Shown here: piece by piece, positions 28,119 through 38,883 of the stretch
Layout: every line of letters starts with the position of its first letter
Numbering within the stretch: the first letter of the stretch is position 1
Source: an uncultured Saccharicrinis sp.
Lineage (GTDB): Bacteria; Bacteroidota; Bacteroidia; Bacteroidales; Marinilabiliaceae
Strand: one strand, 5' to 3'
Length of the DNA: 64,000 nt
Assembly (NCBI GenBank): GCA_963677655.1
Contig: OY782089.1
Translations under genes and position numbers: made by a program
Notes under the pieces: model-generated
What the model was told of the DNA's origin: nothing
The model's database searches: none
The model's input: the letters and a program-made list of their open reading frames with translations, nothing else

Positions 28119-31100
28119 TTATTTTGACTGTTCTTCTCTTATAACTTCACCATCCAACAACTCCTTAGTCGTAACTACAATATTTTTCCCATCGCCCTCT
28201 AAACCTGAAATGGTTAATTCCTGCACTCTTCCATCCTTTAGCTCAACCACCAATTTATTTTCGCTTTTTGCTGTTACTGATTTTATGACCGATTCATTTT
28301 CAAAAGGTTCCAGTACAGCCAAGTATCTGGCTTTTTTACCATGCGTGCGAACGGCCATATTTTTAAGTCTTGACGCTTCATCTCCCAAAGGAAAATCTCC
28401 ACCTACTTTTGCTTCAAACCGAACCACATCCATTCCGCTCAAATCAATAGTAATTTTTCCTGATTCTTTCGTATGTTCAGGCATAGCTGGAGTCGAGTTG
28501 CTCATTAATTCTCCCTGAATTTTTATTGGACCACCATAATAATCCTTTCCTTTTTCATCAGGAACTAAAATATTCTCGTATTTAACAGGAAGAGATGACA
28601 CAAATACTTCTGATCCATCTTTTAAAATAAGCTTTGCATCTCCCCAGAATAGCGTATTGTTTTTTACTCTGTCTTCAGTTTTTGTAGTTAATTCCAGTTG
28701 TTTTTTCCCGGTAATATCTACAGAAATGTTCCTGCTTCCTAATATCCATGCACCTGTACTATCATTTACAAGTTCTTCATGATCAGCAGAGATTTTGTAC
28801 CATAATTTCTTATTCACATTAACCGATTCGGTTGAAGTACCAATCATGATTTCACTCTTCTTTGGCCAGGCATTGTATACATCTATTTTCAGTGGACCAT
28901 CCTCCCTGTTGGGCATGCGAACACCCCTGTTATCGCAGCCATCACCAAAGCACATTTCGTATTGTGTTTTGGAGGTACCTTCCACCTTATACCAATCACA
29001 ATCGGTAATAAATTGGGCGGCTCCTAAAGGATCCGTGTTCATTTGATTGGTATGATGAGATAATGCAACCTTATCTGCTGTAATTCCTTTAAAACCTTTG
29101 ATTTGAAGCATCCAGTCAAACTGATGTTCTTCTTCACCTTCAAGATAATCTGCCAATACTACATAATCATCCATCACTACCATTGCTCGTCGTTGCATTA
29201 CGGGTTCGGTATACGCTGTAACTTCGCCAAAACCGGGTGCATTTTCAGGAATTTCGATGGTACGGCTTTCGTCCCACATTTTTTGAGCAAATGTTTTATC
29301 TGGCGATGGAATACCACCATAAGGTGCATAACTCCACTTTGAATCTGTTTCTATTGCTGTTGCCTGCATCATTTCCCCGGAGTAAAATAGTGTTCGGGAA
29401 TTCTGAACCGGTTGCTGCATTTTTTCATCTACCACCACCATGTTTTTATTAATGGAAGTCTGTTTCCAGAACTTGTACATATAACTCTGGTATTTAAACC
29501 AGTATGCCAATGTTCCGTAAAAACTACGCCCATAACGTCCCATATTAACCAAACTGGTTCTATCAAAATGCCCATGATAACCTCCATGAGAACCATAATG
29601 CAAGGAAGCTTGTATTTGATCACGTTGTTCACGCCCTTTGGTTTGAGATCTTAACTGAACAATACCCATATTATCAGCATAAGCAGATTGTTTCATTTTC
29701 TCGGAGCTCACTTGCGGTAATTCAGGAACTCCATATAGCAAATCCCGTGATCCTCCACGATTAATAATGGCTGCATATTCCGGGTCGCGGTATAAATAAT
29801 ATGCCAACTCAAAAGCACCTCCTGATACTTTAGATTCAACAGCATCATTAACCGCCATAATAACTCCACGGTAATCTAAAAAAGGAACAACTGCATCGTA
29901 CATATCTTTTATGCTAACATAGTTTCGTTCCATATTTCCCCACTTCTCAAACTCCATACCCATTATACCACCTTGCCGTCTGCTGGCTAGTAATGAAAAA
30001 TGCTTGCTGGTACCCAATGGGAATTTCATATCCTTAAAGTTGATACCCCAGGGTTCTAATGCTATGGCAATTTGCGAAAACTCCTGAGCTACCCAGGTAT
30101 TATATCCAACCGCACACTCGTACCACCAGCCATCATTCATGATACCATGTTCCAGGTGCTTAAATATTCCTGTTTCTGAATAAAGAATCTGATCGATCAA
30201 ATGCCAATCCTGCAGGTTCATGGCACAGTAAAATGCAGCAGTTAACTCCGCTACATTCCAGTTGCTTATGGCTCCTTTGCTATTACCTTTAATGGTTTGC
30301 GTAGCAAATAATCTGAAGGTCTCCTGTATTTGTTTATGGTCTTTGTCTGTGAATTTTTTGCTATTTCTCACCAAATCGTACATTTTACCCACATTCTGCC
30401 AGAATTTACCCTCACCCACAAAGGAATTACTTCCGCCAACCAACGTAGCAGGATATCCTGTTTTTGGATCTGATAAACGACGCAATAGTTTTAAACATTT
30501 GGTTGCATATTCTTCATTTCCGGTGAGTTGATAAGCTACGGCACAGTCGAATATTTCAAATCCATTGGTATGAAAAACAGATTTTCCTAATGGTCGTCCT
30601 TCAATATCTGAGAAATCATTCCCCTCCGGCACTTCCCATTTTTGTGCTTTTCTGATGTATTCTTCATAACCTTCTTTAGCCCAATCATATTTTTCTACCT
30701 TCTCTTTAACCTTTTGCCAACCTTTGGCAGTAAAAACAATATTTGGAGTTGGAACACTTACGGCTGTAGTAAACTCAATAGTATTTTCCGCAGCTCCAAG
30801 TCCGTTTGAAATGGCTTTAATGATTTGTTTTTCACGAATCCCCGTTGGCAAATGTTCCGGGATATTTACTGTTAGACGGAGTGTTTGGACCTCTCCAGGT
30901 TCCAAATTAACAGCATCCATATTCAGGCTGGCCTCCATCGACTCCCAACCCATAGTTTGCACCAATAGTTGAACACCTTGTTTTATATTGCTGGTATTAC
31001 CCACTTCAAATTCGTAGGTTACTTGTGATCCGGCATCCGATGATTTCCCGAGAACGCCTGCGTCTAAAGAAGTGGTAAGTCCTTTGGTAACTTTTACATT

Positions 31101-31604
31101 TCGAATCTTATAATTTTCATCCGTAGCCGCCGTTAGTAACACATGTTTAATTGCAAAAAGAGTTCCTCTTCTTTGCCCTAAATCAATATCAAACATATCC
31201 CAGGGGATGTAAACAGAATGCCAGCCTTTACCTGTTAACCTAATTTTGGCTATACTAACCGGATTCAACTCACTATAATCAAGAGAGTCCACTTTAAGTA
31301 TGGCTGAAACCTCTGTTGGTAACTCTGTATCTATACAAATCTCGAATGCGATACCTGAATACTTTGTCCAATCTGCAGCATCACCATTAAATGGACGACT
31401 AATTCCAGGGAAATAAACCCGATTTTGATTTGAGTAGGTGTAGGAAATGGAATCACCTCCATTTACTGTAGCCACATTCTTTTTTACTTTGGCTATTCCC
31501 GACCAGTCTGAGAAATCGTTACTGCCAATTGATTTTATAATTTGTGCATTTGTAACACATGCCAGGGCCAACAGCATACTTACAATTAAAACTTGGATTT
31601 TCAT
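28119..31604 (-). CDS. Large heparinase II/III-like putative lyase (paralog of 20132..23635)
   Basis: SNWNVAE, DGWWYECAVGY, HGGYHGHFDR, KNMVVVD; signal peptide. Confidence 0.6.
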   Translation of the reverse strand: MKIQVLIVSMLLALACVTNAQIIKSIGSNDFSDWSGIAKVKKNVATVNGGDSISYTYSNQNRVYFPGISRPFNGDAADWTKYSGIAFEICIDTELPTEVSAILKVDSLDYSELNPVSIAKIRLTGKGWHSVYIPWDMFDIDLGQRRGTLFAIKHVLLTAATDENYKIRNVKVTKGLTTSLDAGVLGKSSDAGSQVTYEFEVGNTSNIKQGVQLLVQTMGWESMEASLNMDAVNLEPGEVQTLRLTVNIPEHLPTGIREKQIIKAISNGLGAAENTIEFTTAVSVPTPNIVFTAKGWQKVKEKVEKYDWAKEGYEEYIRKAQKWEVPEGNDFSDIEGRPLGKSVFHTNGFEIFDCAVAYQLTGNEEYATKCLKLLRRLSDPKTGYPATLVGGSNSFVGEGKFWQNVGKMYDLVRNSKKFTDKDHKQIQETFRLFATQTIKGNSKGAISNWNVAELTAAFYCAMNLQDWHLIDQILYSETGIFKHLEHGIMNDGWWYECAVGYNTWVAQEFSQIAIALEPWGINFKDMKFPLGTSKHFSLLASRRQGGIMGMEFEKWGNMERNYVSIKDMYDAVVPFLDYRGVIMAVNDAVESKVSGGAFELAYYLYRDPEYAAIINRGGSRDLLYGVPELPQVSSEKMKQSAYADNMGIVQLRSQTKGREQRDQIQASLHYGSHGGYHGHFDRTSLVNMGRYGRSFYGTLAYWFKYQSYMYKFWKQTSINKNMVVVDEKMQQPVQNSRTLFYSGEMMQATAIETDSKWSYAPYGGIPSPDKTFAQKMWDESRTIEIPENAPGFGEVTAYTEPVMQRRAMVVMDDYVVLADYLEGEEEHQFDWMLQIKGFKGITADKVALSHHTNQMNTDPLGAAQFITDCDWYKVEGTSKTQYEMCFGDGCDNRGVRMPNREDGPLKIDVYNAWPKKSEIMIGTSTESVNVNKKLWYKISADHEELVNDSTGAWILGSRNISVDITGKKQLELTTKTEDRVKNNTLFWGDAKLILKDGSEVFVSSLPVKYENILVPDEKGKDYYGGPIKIQGELMSNSTPAMPEHTKESGKITIDLSGMDVVRFEAKVGGDFPLGDEASRLKNMAVRTHGKKARYLAVLEPFENESVIKSVTAKSENKLVVELKDGRVQELTISGLEGDGKNIVVTTKELLDGEVIREEQSK

Positions 31605-31736
31605 TTTATATATTTTTTCTTTTTTTTCTTAAAAATTATCCACTCGCGATCTATTCTACTACATCAAACCCTGTCCTTTATTGATTAATTATTGATAATC
31701 AAAATTTTAAACCAATAAATATTTATAAAGAAACAC

Positions 31737-33458
31737 TTACTTTATTGGCGTCATTATTACATCCTTAAGATTTGTCGTATGCCATTTTCCTAACACAGGC
31801 TTAAAGATTATTCTATACGAACCTGGCTCTTTAATATCAAAGTTTCCTATTTCCAGTGTATTAAAATTACCATAGTCGCCAGTAGCTGGTAATTTTACGG
31901 TTTGTTTCTGACCATTAACTTCCACTGTAAATTCAGAATCCTCTAAACCGGCGGTTTTAAATGTTATATTAAAAGAGGATGGTTTTTCAATATCAAAAGT
32001 CCAATACACTCTTTCGTGTTCGTTTTTCCAATTTCCAACACAATCTTTCGAACTGTTATACTTTATACCAATCCCTTGCAAATTCTCAAACTCAGCACTT
32101 TCGGTCATAAACGCAACAACTCCATTTTTATCCTGTCCGAATGGTTTTGGAGCAATAGCATTGGGAACATCAGGCAATTCCAGCACAATTACAGAGTTAA
32201 TCTTATCAGGAGCTTTACCGGATAGTTGAATGCTTAAACCCTCTTGTCCAGGCTTAACTTTAAATCGCTTTGCATTATTGGTTAACAAATAAGCTTCGGC
32301 TGACTTATTGGTGATAGGCACCTCAATTTTACCAGCTTCCCAATCAAAAACATGCAAATACAATTTTGTTTTGCCTCTTACGCTTTTCATGGTTATATAT
32401 CCCCAATCCACTTTATTACAAGGACTAGGCTGAGTTCCGTAAATCGCTTCGCTGTTCTTTGCCATCCATGCACCTATCCCTTTCATACGTTCAACGGCTT
32501 TAGGAGACAAGGTTCCTAAACAAGTTGGACTAACATTTAACAAGTAGTTACCACCCATACTCGCTGCATTAGCCAGATTACCCAATAATGATTCCAGGGA
32601 TTTAAAATTCTGATCATCACTACGATATCCCCAACTTCCGCTAATTGGCTGGCATAATTCCCAGTATTTGTCATCCGGCTTTTTCTTTGGCATGTGACGC
32701 TCATACGTTTTATGATCCCCAGGATATTCATCACCCAAACGATCGTTAGTAATAATGGCCGGTTGCAAATCAGTAGTTACATGATGTAAGCTATCCACAA
32801 CTTCTTTACTCATTTTACGTGGCGTATCCCACCAAAAAATTGCAATATCCCCATATTGGGTTAAAAGCTGATTTACTTCCGGAAGTGCCTTTTCAAGTAC
32901 ATAAGCATCAGTACTGACGCGCTGCATAGTCTTATCCCAATTGTTCCCCATTCCCCCGGGATGGCTCCAGTCCTGCGCCTGCGAATAGTAAAATCCAAAT
33001 TTAATCCCTTGTTTGGCACATTCATCGGCAAGCTCTTTCATCACATCACGTCCAAAGGGAGTAGCATCAACCACATTAAACGGATTACACTCAGAATCGA
33101 ACATGGCAAAACCATCGTGATGCTTAGCAGTAATTACCATATATTTCATGCCGGCTTCTTTAGCTAATCCAACAAAAGATTGAGCATCGAATAAGGTTGG
33201 ATTAAACAATTCGGCATATTTGGCATATTCAGCTACAGGAATCTTCCCTCGATTCATAATCCACTCTGCCGAGTTTTTTTGGGGTTCTCCTTTATAAAAT
33301 CCTGCAGGAACCGAATAAATTCCCCAGTGAATAAACATCCCAAAGCGGGCCTCCGTCCACCACTCCATTCTTTCCTCATCAGTAATTTGCTGTGCTTGTA
33401 CCTGACTTAAATTCAAGATAAATACAAGACTTGCTAAAGCTGTTATTATTTTGTTCAT
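31737..33458 (-). CDS. GH29 alpha-L-fucosidase with a C-terminal CBM-like beta-sandwich
   Basis: EARFGMFIHWG, AKHHDGF, FWWD nucleophile, GGNYLLNV. Confidence 0.92.
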   Translation of the reverse strand: MNKIITALASLVFILNLSQVQAQQITDEERMEWWTEARFGMFIHWGIYSVPAGFYKGEPQKNSAEWIMNRGKIPVAEYAKYAELFNPTLFDAQSFVGLAKEAGMKYMVITAKHHDGFAMFDSECNPFNVVDATPFGRDVMKELADECAKQGIKFGFYYSQAQDWSHPGGMGNNWDKTMQRVSTDAYVLEKALPEVNQLLTQYGDIAIFWWDTPRKMSKEVVDSLHHVTTDLQPAIITNDRLGDEYPGDHKTYERHMPKKKPDDKYWELCQPISGSWGYRSDDQNFKSLESLLGNLANAASMGGNYLLNVSPTCLGTLSPKAVERMKGIGAWMAKNSEAIYGTQPSPCNKVDWGYITMKSVRGKTKLYLHVFDWEAGKIEVPITNKSAEAYLLTNNAKRFKVKPGQEGLSIQLSGKAPDKINSVIVLELPDVPNAIAPKPFGQDKNGVVAFMTESAEFENLQGIGIKYNSSKDCVGNWKNEHERVYWTFDIEKPSSFNITFKTAGLEDSEFTVEVNGQKQTVKLPATGDYGNFNTLEIGNFDIKEPGSYRIIFKPVLGKWHTTNLKDVIMTPIK

Positions 33459-33495
33459 GCGTTTATGATTTTCATTTGTTGTATTACCTGTCCAC

Positions 33496-33570
33496 AGAAT
33501 TACGGTAATGCCTTTAACTTAAGAAATTCACCATGTAACTTTCTTAAGTTAAAGGCACTATAGAATTACG
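33496..33570. repeat. 18-bp perfect inverted repeat flanked by a 9-bp direct repeat
   Basis: IR tgcctttaacttaagaaa (33509-33526) / tttcttaagttaaaggca (33540-33557). DR agaattacg at 33496-33504 and 33562-33570. Confidence 0.8.
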
Positions 33571-33620
33571 TGCAAACTCTCAAGAAAATTTAATTATCCA
33601 ATTTTACATGGCTCATTTCA

Positions 33621-36044
33621 TTACTGAATCTGTTTAAATCTATACTTAACTCCTTTTTCTGTTTTAAAAGACAAGATGCCTCCATCGCTATACACCGTAT
33701 TGACAGGCACTCCATTACTATCGGTAACAGAAGCATTTCCAATACCCTGATATTTAAGTTTGCAAACACCTCCACACCGGGAGAATATTTCTATATCAGT
33801 TAATTTGCCATCTTTCCAGGATACCGATAATTCAAAATTACCCCTGGCTACCAAACCTTTGTATTCACCACTAACCCATGCTTTAGGCAGAGCTGCCAAA
33901 GGTTCTATATATCCTTGGTGACTTTGAAGAAGCATTTCAGCAACACCTGCCATACATCCGAAGTTGCCATCGATCTGAAATGGAGGATGGGTAGTCCATA
34001 AGTTTGGCAAGGTTCTTTCCTTAATAAATTTTGCATACACTTCATGTGCTTTCTCACCATCTCCGGTTCTGGCCCGGGCATTCATTCTGTGTGCCATAGC
34101 CCAGCCAGTTGTATTGTTCCCTCTTAAATCCAAGGTGACAATAGCTGCATCCATCCACTCTTTGGTTGATGAATTGATTAGCGTTCCGGGATAAAGGGCA
34201 CAAAGGTGAGATATATGCCGGTGTTGTTTTTGACCTATTTCTCCATAGTATTTCTCTTCCCTAAACTCTTTAACCTGCCCTGATTTGCCAATAAGGATTG
34301 GATCCAATTTGGTGATCTCACCCTCCACATTCTCAATATAAGAATCGTCTATACCTAAAATTTTTGATGCTTTCAGTAAGTCATTGTGGTTTTCCCAAAC
34401 CAGTTCCTGATCAAAAGTAGTTCCAGCTGTAATATAGTTTTCTCCATTATGTTTTTGCTCCGGAGACGCAGATGGATTTACCAATAGAAGACTGTCCCCT
34501 GATGGAACCAATGTCTTTGACAAAAACTTGCTCATACCCAGGATAGCAGGATAGGCAGTTTGCCGAAGAAAGGCAGTATCCATTGTAAACTCGTAATAAT
34601 CCCAAAACATTTTAGTAGTAAGCGCTCCTGTTCCAGGACCTGAGTGACCACCAGGTGCTACTATTTTATATGGTGTTGTTCCTGTACCTATAGTCCAGCC
34701 ATTATCAGTTCCATCTTTAGTCAATGCTGTTGGATGATATTTTCTAAGAAACTGAGTTGCCAACCTGGCCGCCTTGGGATGATAGGCTTCAAAAAACTCA
34801 ATATAAGGCGTAAATGTTTCAGCCAAATTGGAATTAAATGCGCCCCAATAATTCATCTGAACATTAATATTATGCCAAAATCCCCCAGTAAATGGAGTTA
34901 CCTCATACTGACTCCAAACACCTTGTAAACCACAAGGAAGCGCTCCTTTGCGTGAAGTAGAAATTAGCAGATATCGCCCATAATGGAACATCAGCTCTTC
35001 CAGATAATTATTCGCTGAACCGGATTTGTAATTTTCTAACAATGTTTTAGTGGGCTCATTGGGTACATCGGAATTGAATTTTAGCTGAACCCTCGAAAAT
35101 AAGTTTTGGTAATCCTCAAGGTGACTTTCTTTTAGTTTTTCATATCCTTTATCCTCTGCCACTTTTATCAACTTGCTTATCTTATCATGAGGAAGCTGAG
35201 TCGGATCTAGTTTTTTATGATGTACATCTTCCAAAAAAAGTTGCTGGCTTAACTCGTAGTTAGTGCCAGCAGCAATTATTATAACTACACTATTAGCATT
35301 TGAAACTATAATTTCTGATTGATCACCCTTCTGTATAGCTGATAACGTTCCACCTTCGTTGACCACTTTGATTTGTCCTTCGTAGTTTACACTAAAATGC
35401 TCAATAAAGCCAGACATAGTAATCAGGTCTTTTTCAACCGTCATCACACCCGTTCTGGTGTTTTTTTGAGTTGAATCTCTCAGGTAAGGAATTTCCGGTT
35501 TTAGCTTGAACGATATTTTACCCTTTTTATTGGCACTAAGCTTAACGACCAATACATTATCAGGATAACTTATAAAATGTTCCCTGGTATATTCTACTCC
35601 ATCATTGGTATAATTGACATAGGAAATGGCTTCGTTAATATTAATGGAGCGACTATATTTTTTAGGATTATTATGATTGATTTCAAGATTTATCTCTGCA
35701 AAACTTGTCAATCCACCAATACCATATAATCCTTCATTAGCTAAAGTCTTTTCCGTAAGCTGTATCCGTTCGGTATCCGTCCTGCCAAAAATATTAGCCC
35801 CCATATACCCATTACCAATAGGGTACGAATAAAGTTCCCAATCTTCATCATATGGATATCCCCGGGCTTTTTTAATGTTAAAGTCTCCACCTCTGTTAGG
35901 TGCTGGCTGATCATCCCAAATTTTATATATTCTTTCTACATTCTGATTCGCAGTTTCTTCCTGGGCACAAACTATTTGTATTGAGCCACAAAAGAAATAG
36001 GTTACAAAGAACGCAAGTAGATATAGTTTTCTAAAAATCTTCAT
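33621..36044 (-). CDS. GH95 alpha-1,2-L-fucosidase / alpha-L-galactosidase
   Basis: PIGNGYMGA, YGRYLLIS, NINVQMNYW, HRHISHL, PPFQIDGNFG. Confidence 0.93.
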   Translation of the reverse strand: MKIFRKLYLLAFFVTYFFCGSIQIVCAQEETANQNVERIYKIWDDQPAPNRGGDFNIKKARGYPYDEDWELYSYPIGNGYMGANIFGRTDTERIQLTEKTLANEGLYGIGGLTSFAEINLEINHNNPKKYSRSININEAISYVNYTNDGVEYTREHFISYPDNVLVVKLSANKKGKISFKLKPEIPYLRDSTQKNTRTGVMTVEKDLITMSGFIEHFSVNYEGQIKVVNEGGTLSAIQKGDQSEIIVSNANSVVIIIAAGTNYELSQQLFLEDVHHKKLDPTQLPHDKISKLIKVAEDKGYEKLKESHLEDYQNLFSRVQLKFNSDVPNEPTKTLLENYKSGSANNYLEELMFHYGRYLLISTSRKGALPCGLQGVWSQYEVTPFTGGFWHNINVQMNYWGAFNSNLAETFTPYIEFFEAYHPKAARLATQFLRKYHPTALTKDGTDNGWTIGTGTTPYKIVAPGGHSGPGTGALTTKMFWDYYEFTMDTAFLRQTAYPAILGMSKFLSKTLVPSGDSLLLVNPSASPEQKHNGENYITAGTTFDQELVWENHNDLLKASKILGIDDSYIENVEGEITKLDPILIGKSGQVKEFREEKYYGEIGQKQHRHISHLCALYPGTLINSSTKEWMDAAIVTLDLRGNNTTGWAMAHRMNARARTGDGEKAHEVYAKFIKERTLPNLWTTHPPFQIDGNFGCMAGVAEMLLQSHQGYIEPLAALPKAWVSGEYKGLVARGNFELSVSWKDGKLTDIEIFSRCGGVCKLKYQGIGNASVTDSNGVPVNTVYSDGGILSFKTEKGVKYRFKQIQ

Positions 36045-36055
36045 TTTTCTCTGGT

Positions 36056-38692
36056 TTAAAGATTAACAACTACATCGTTACCTTTAAACAATATCTTGCT
36101 TGATTTTTCCTTTCCAACTAGCTCCAGTTTTAACTTTAAAGGATTATTCTTAAAGTTGATATAGTTTCCTTTACCTTTTTTGATACTGATTGTCTTGCTG
36201 TCTTCTGCATACATAAGCACAAGTTCTGAATAAGCACCATCTTCATAATCATAGGTTTCATTATCATCAAAATAAAGCGTGAACTCAGCATCCTTGCCCG
36301 GATAAATTTTTATGGTTAATGGTTCATCAGTTTTCTGTGTAGCATATTGTACTTTGGGACCAAATGGAATAATTGATCCGGCTTTAACGAATATTGGTGT
36401 TTCATTCAAAGCTGCATCCACATTAATTATTTTACCACCTTTAATCAGCTCACTATTCCAGAAATTATACCACTCTCCCTCAGGAAGGTAGATATCTTTC
36501 TTTCGTTGCTTATACTCAGTCACCAAACCAACCATAATTGATTCACCAAAAAACATCTGGTCTTTGATACCCCACGTATTTTTATCATCAGGGTAGTGAT
36601 AAGCCAAGGGACTCATTAACTGTCTGCTGTTGTTGGTAATTTGCCAGGCCTGTGAATATATATAAGGCATAAGTTGGTAACGCAAGTCTATAAACTTTCG
36701 GGCAGTGCTTTCAAAATCATCATTATATCGCCAAATTTCCGTTTCTGAAACATAGCCATGGATTCGGAAGATTGGGCAAAAAGTACCGAACTGGAACCAA
36801 CGTGTTAACAACTCTATAAATTCAGGATTGGTATACTGGTTATCAAATTGTGGATTAATTGATTTTGAATCTCTAAAGAAACCCCCAATATCATGTGTCC
36901 AGTAAGGAACTCCGGCCATGGTAAAATTAAGACCTGCTGCAATCTGTTCTGATAATTGTTCCCATGAAGATTCCACATCGCCCGACCAGGACGCAGCCCC
37001 ATATCTCTGTTGTCCTGAATAGGCCGATCTGGTCAGGTTAAAAACACGCTCATTTGGAAATTCTTCTCTTCTGCCCTCGTACATTGTCCTGGTCACCTCC
37101 AATGAGTATGTATTGTGTACAGACTCAAAGGGACCAACTGCTGTCATAGACTTAACATCTTTAACTCCCTCTGGCTCCGTTCCATCCAACCATATAGAAT
37201 GAACTCCAAAATGAAACATAGAATCGCTCAACATACGATAAAATCGTTCACTAACACCTTGATCGTAAATATCCACATAATTGCTGCTTTTGATCTTTGT
37301 GAGCTCATATTTTTCCTCAAGGGGACCATTTTTCACCTCAGGCCATACAGAAACCATCAGCTTCATGTTCAGATCTTTTAACTCATCCACCATCGCCCCG
37401 GCATCAGGATACTTTTCTCTATCCCATTCTGGTCCTTTTGTTTTCTTTGGCCAATAAAACCAGTCCTGCACAATATAATCCACGGGAATCTCTCTTTTTC
37501 TCAATTCTCTGGCATTTTCCAATAACTCTGCCTGATTATGATATCTTTCACGGCATTGCCAAAAACCGTATGCCGCTTTTGAGAACATCGGTGCCTTTCC
37601 GGTAAGTTTATGATTTTGGGCTATAATCTCTCCCGGGTTTTTCCCTTGAATAAAATAATAATCAATAATATTTCCTACCTGACTACTAAAAACTGTTTTA
37701 TTGAAATCGGGTTCATTATAAAATAACTTCCCCGGTATTTTAGCTCCAGTATTTTGGAAGATTACTTTATATGACTTACCTGCTTCCAGATACTTTTTAC
37801 CTGAATATCTTCTGGGCATCCATATAGTGGAATAATTAATAATCTCATCTCCATCAATTGCAACCTTAATTTCACCTCGCATACGCCCATTATCATCACT
37901 TAACGCAAGGAAAGTGTATTCACCAGTTTTAGATGGAGTAAATATGGTTTCCCTAATATTTTTATCTACCGCTTCCTTACTTGCATAAGCTGCTACATTT
38001 TCCTTTTCTCCATCTACCGGAGCAATTTGCTCATCGATTTTGCTCTTTGCGACACCTGCTGCAGCAAACTGAATTTCGTTTTGTGGCTCGTTAATGTCGG
38101 TTAAACTATAGTTATGCCAGTATACTCCATACCCCTTGGTAGAAACTATAAATGGAATGGCAATTTCCTGATTGTATTGTTGCAGTCGAATCGGTACATT
38201 TTTCCAATTCATGATACCACTCTGAAATTGCCCCAATCCATATAGAGCTTCGTCACCCGCTACAAATGCCTGTGAAACATCATTTCCTTCTGAATCAGGA
38301 TTGACGTATGTCATATCATTGATTTCTGCAAGTAATTTTTTGCCATCTTTATCTTTGTACTCAATTGTACCATCGCTTTTTACCGTAACCGTTATGCTAT
38401 TTGTACTAATAGTAAGCTGGTCTTTCCTTTCTTTAATTTTCCAGTCTACATTCTGAGGTTTTAATACCGTAACAAAATCCGGCAGTTCCTTTTTACTATT
38501 GCCTAACAATTCCTTTTGTACATGAATAATAGATTCATCAACTATTTCTATTGTAATCTTTAAACTATCTTTTACGATAGACACTGAATTTGCGGTTTTC
38601 TCAACATCAAAAACAAAATTTCCTGCATATGCCGAGAAAAAAAATATCTGGCTGAATAAACAGCACAATAAAATATTCCTTAAGTAAAACAT
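36056..38692 (-). CDS. GH31 alpha-xylosidase-like with a PA14-like insert
   Basis: IVQDWFYW, WLDGTEPE nucleophile, WSGDV, YWTHDIGGF, RWFQFGTF. Confidence 0.9.
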   Translation of the reverse strand: MFYLRNILLCCLFSQIFFFSAYAGNFVFDVEKTANSVSIVKDSLKITIEIVDESIIHVQKELLGNSKKELPDFVTVLKPQNVDWKIKERKDQLTISTNSITVTVKSDGTIEYKDKDGKKLLAEINDMTYVNPDSEGNDVSQAFVAGDEALYGLGQFQSGIMNWKNVPIRLQQYNQEIAIPFIVSTKGYGVYWHNYSLTDINEPQNEIQFAAAGVAKSKIDEQIAPVDGEKENVAAYASKEAVDKNIRETIFTPSKTGEYTFLALSDDNGRMRGEIKVAIDGDEIINYSTIWMPRRYSGKKYLEAGKSYKVIFQNTGAKIPGKLFYNEPDFNKTVFSSQVGNIIDYYFIQGKNPGEIIAQNHKLTGKAPMFSKAAYGFWQCRERYHNQAELLENARELRKREIPVDYIVQDWFYWPKKTKGPEWDREKYPDAGAMVDELKDLNMKLMVSVWPEVKNGPLEEKYELTKIKSSNYVDIYDQGVSERFYRMLSDSMFHFGVHSIWLDGTEPEGVKDVKSMTAVGPFESVHNTYSLEVTRTMYEGRREEFPNERVFNLTRSAYSGQQRYGAASWSGDVESSWEQLSEQIAAGLNFTMAGVPYWTHDIGGFFRDSKSINPQFDNQYTNPEFIELLTRWFQFGTFCPIFRIHGYVSETEIWRYNDDFESTARKFIDLRYQLMPYIYSQAWQITNNSRQLMSPLAYHYPDDKNTWGIKDQMFFGESIMVGLVTEYKQRKKDIYLPEGEWYNFWNSELIKGGKIINVDAALNETPIFVKAGSIIPFGPKVQYATQKTDEPLTIKIYPGKDAEFTLYFDDNETYDYEDGAYSELVLMYAEDSKTISIKKGKGNYINFKNNPLKLKLELVGKEKSSKILFKGNDVVVNL

Positions 38693-38883
38693 TATATAAT
38701 TTTTTAGTTTTTCTAGCTCTTTAAAAACACTCTGTACTAACTTCTTAAAATTATAAATTCGGTCACACTTTAAATATTAAAAAAGTCCCAATTAAATGGA
38801 TACAGGAAACAATAGAGGTGTAATTACGAGCCCACGCTATAAAACAAACCAACCATACTGTATACCAAACACATACACCAACC

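Noticed and set aside
1224-38805. AATGGATACAG shared at 1224-1234 and 38795-38805
   Set aside because: Only two copies, with inconsistent positions relative to the promoters.
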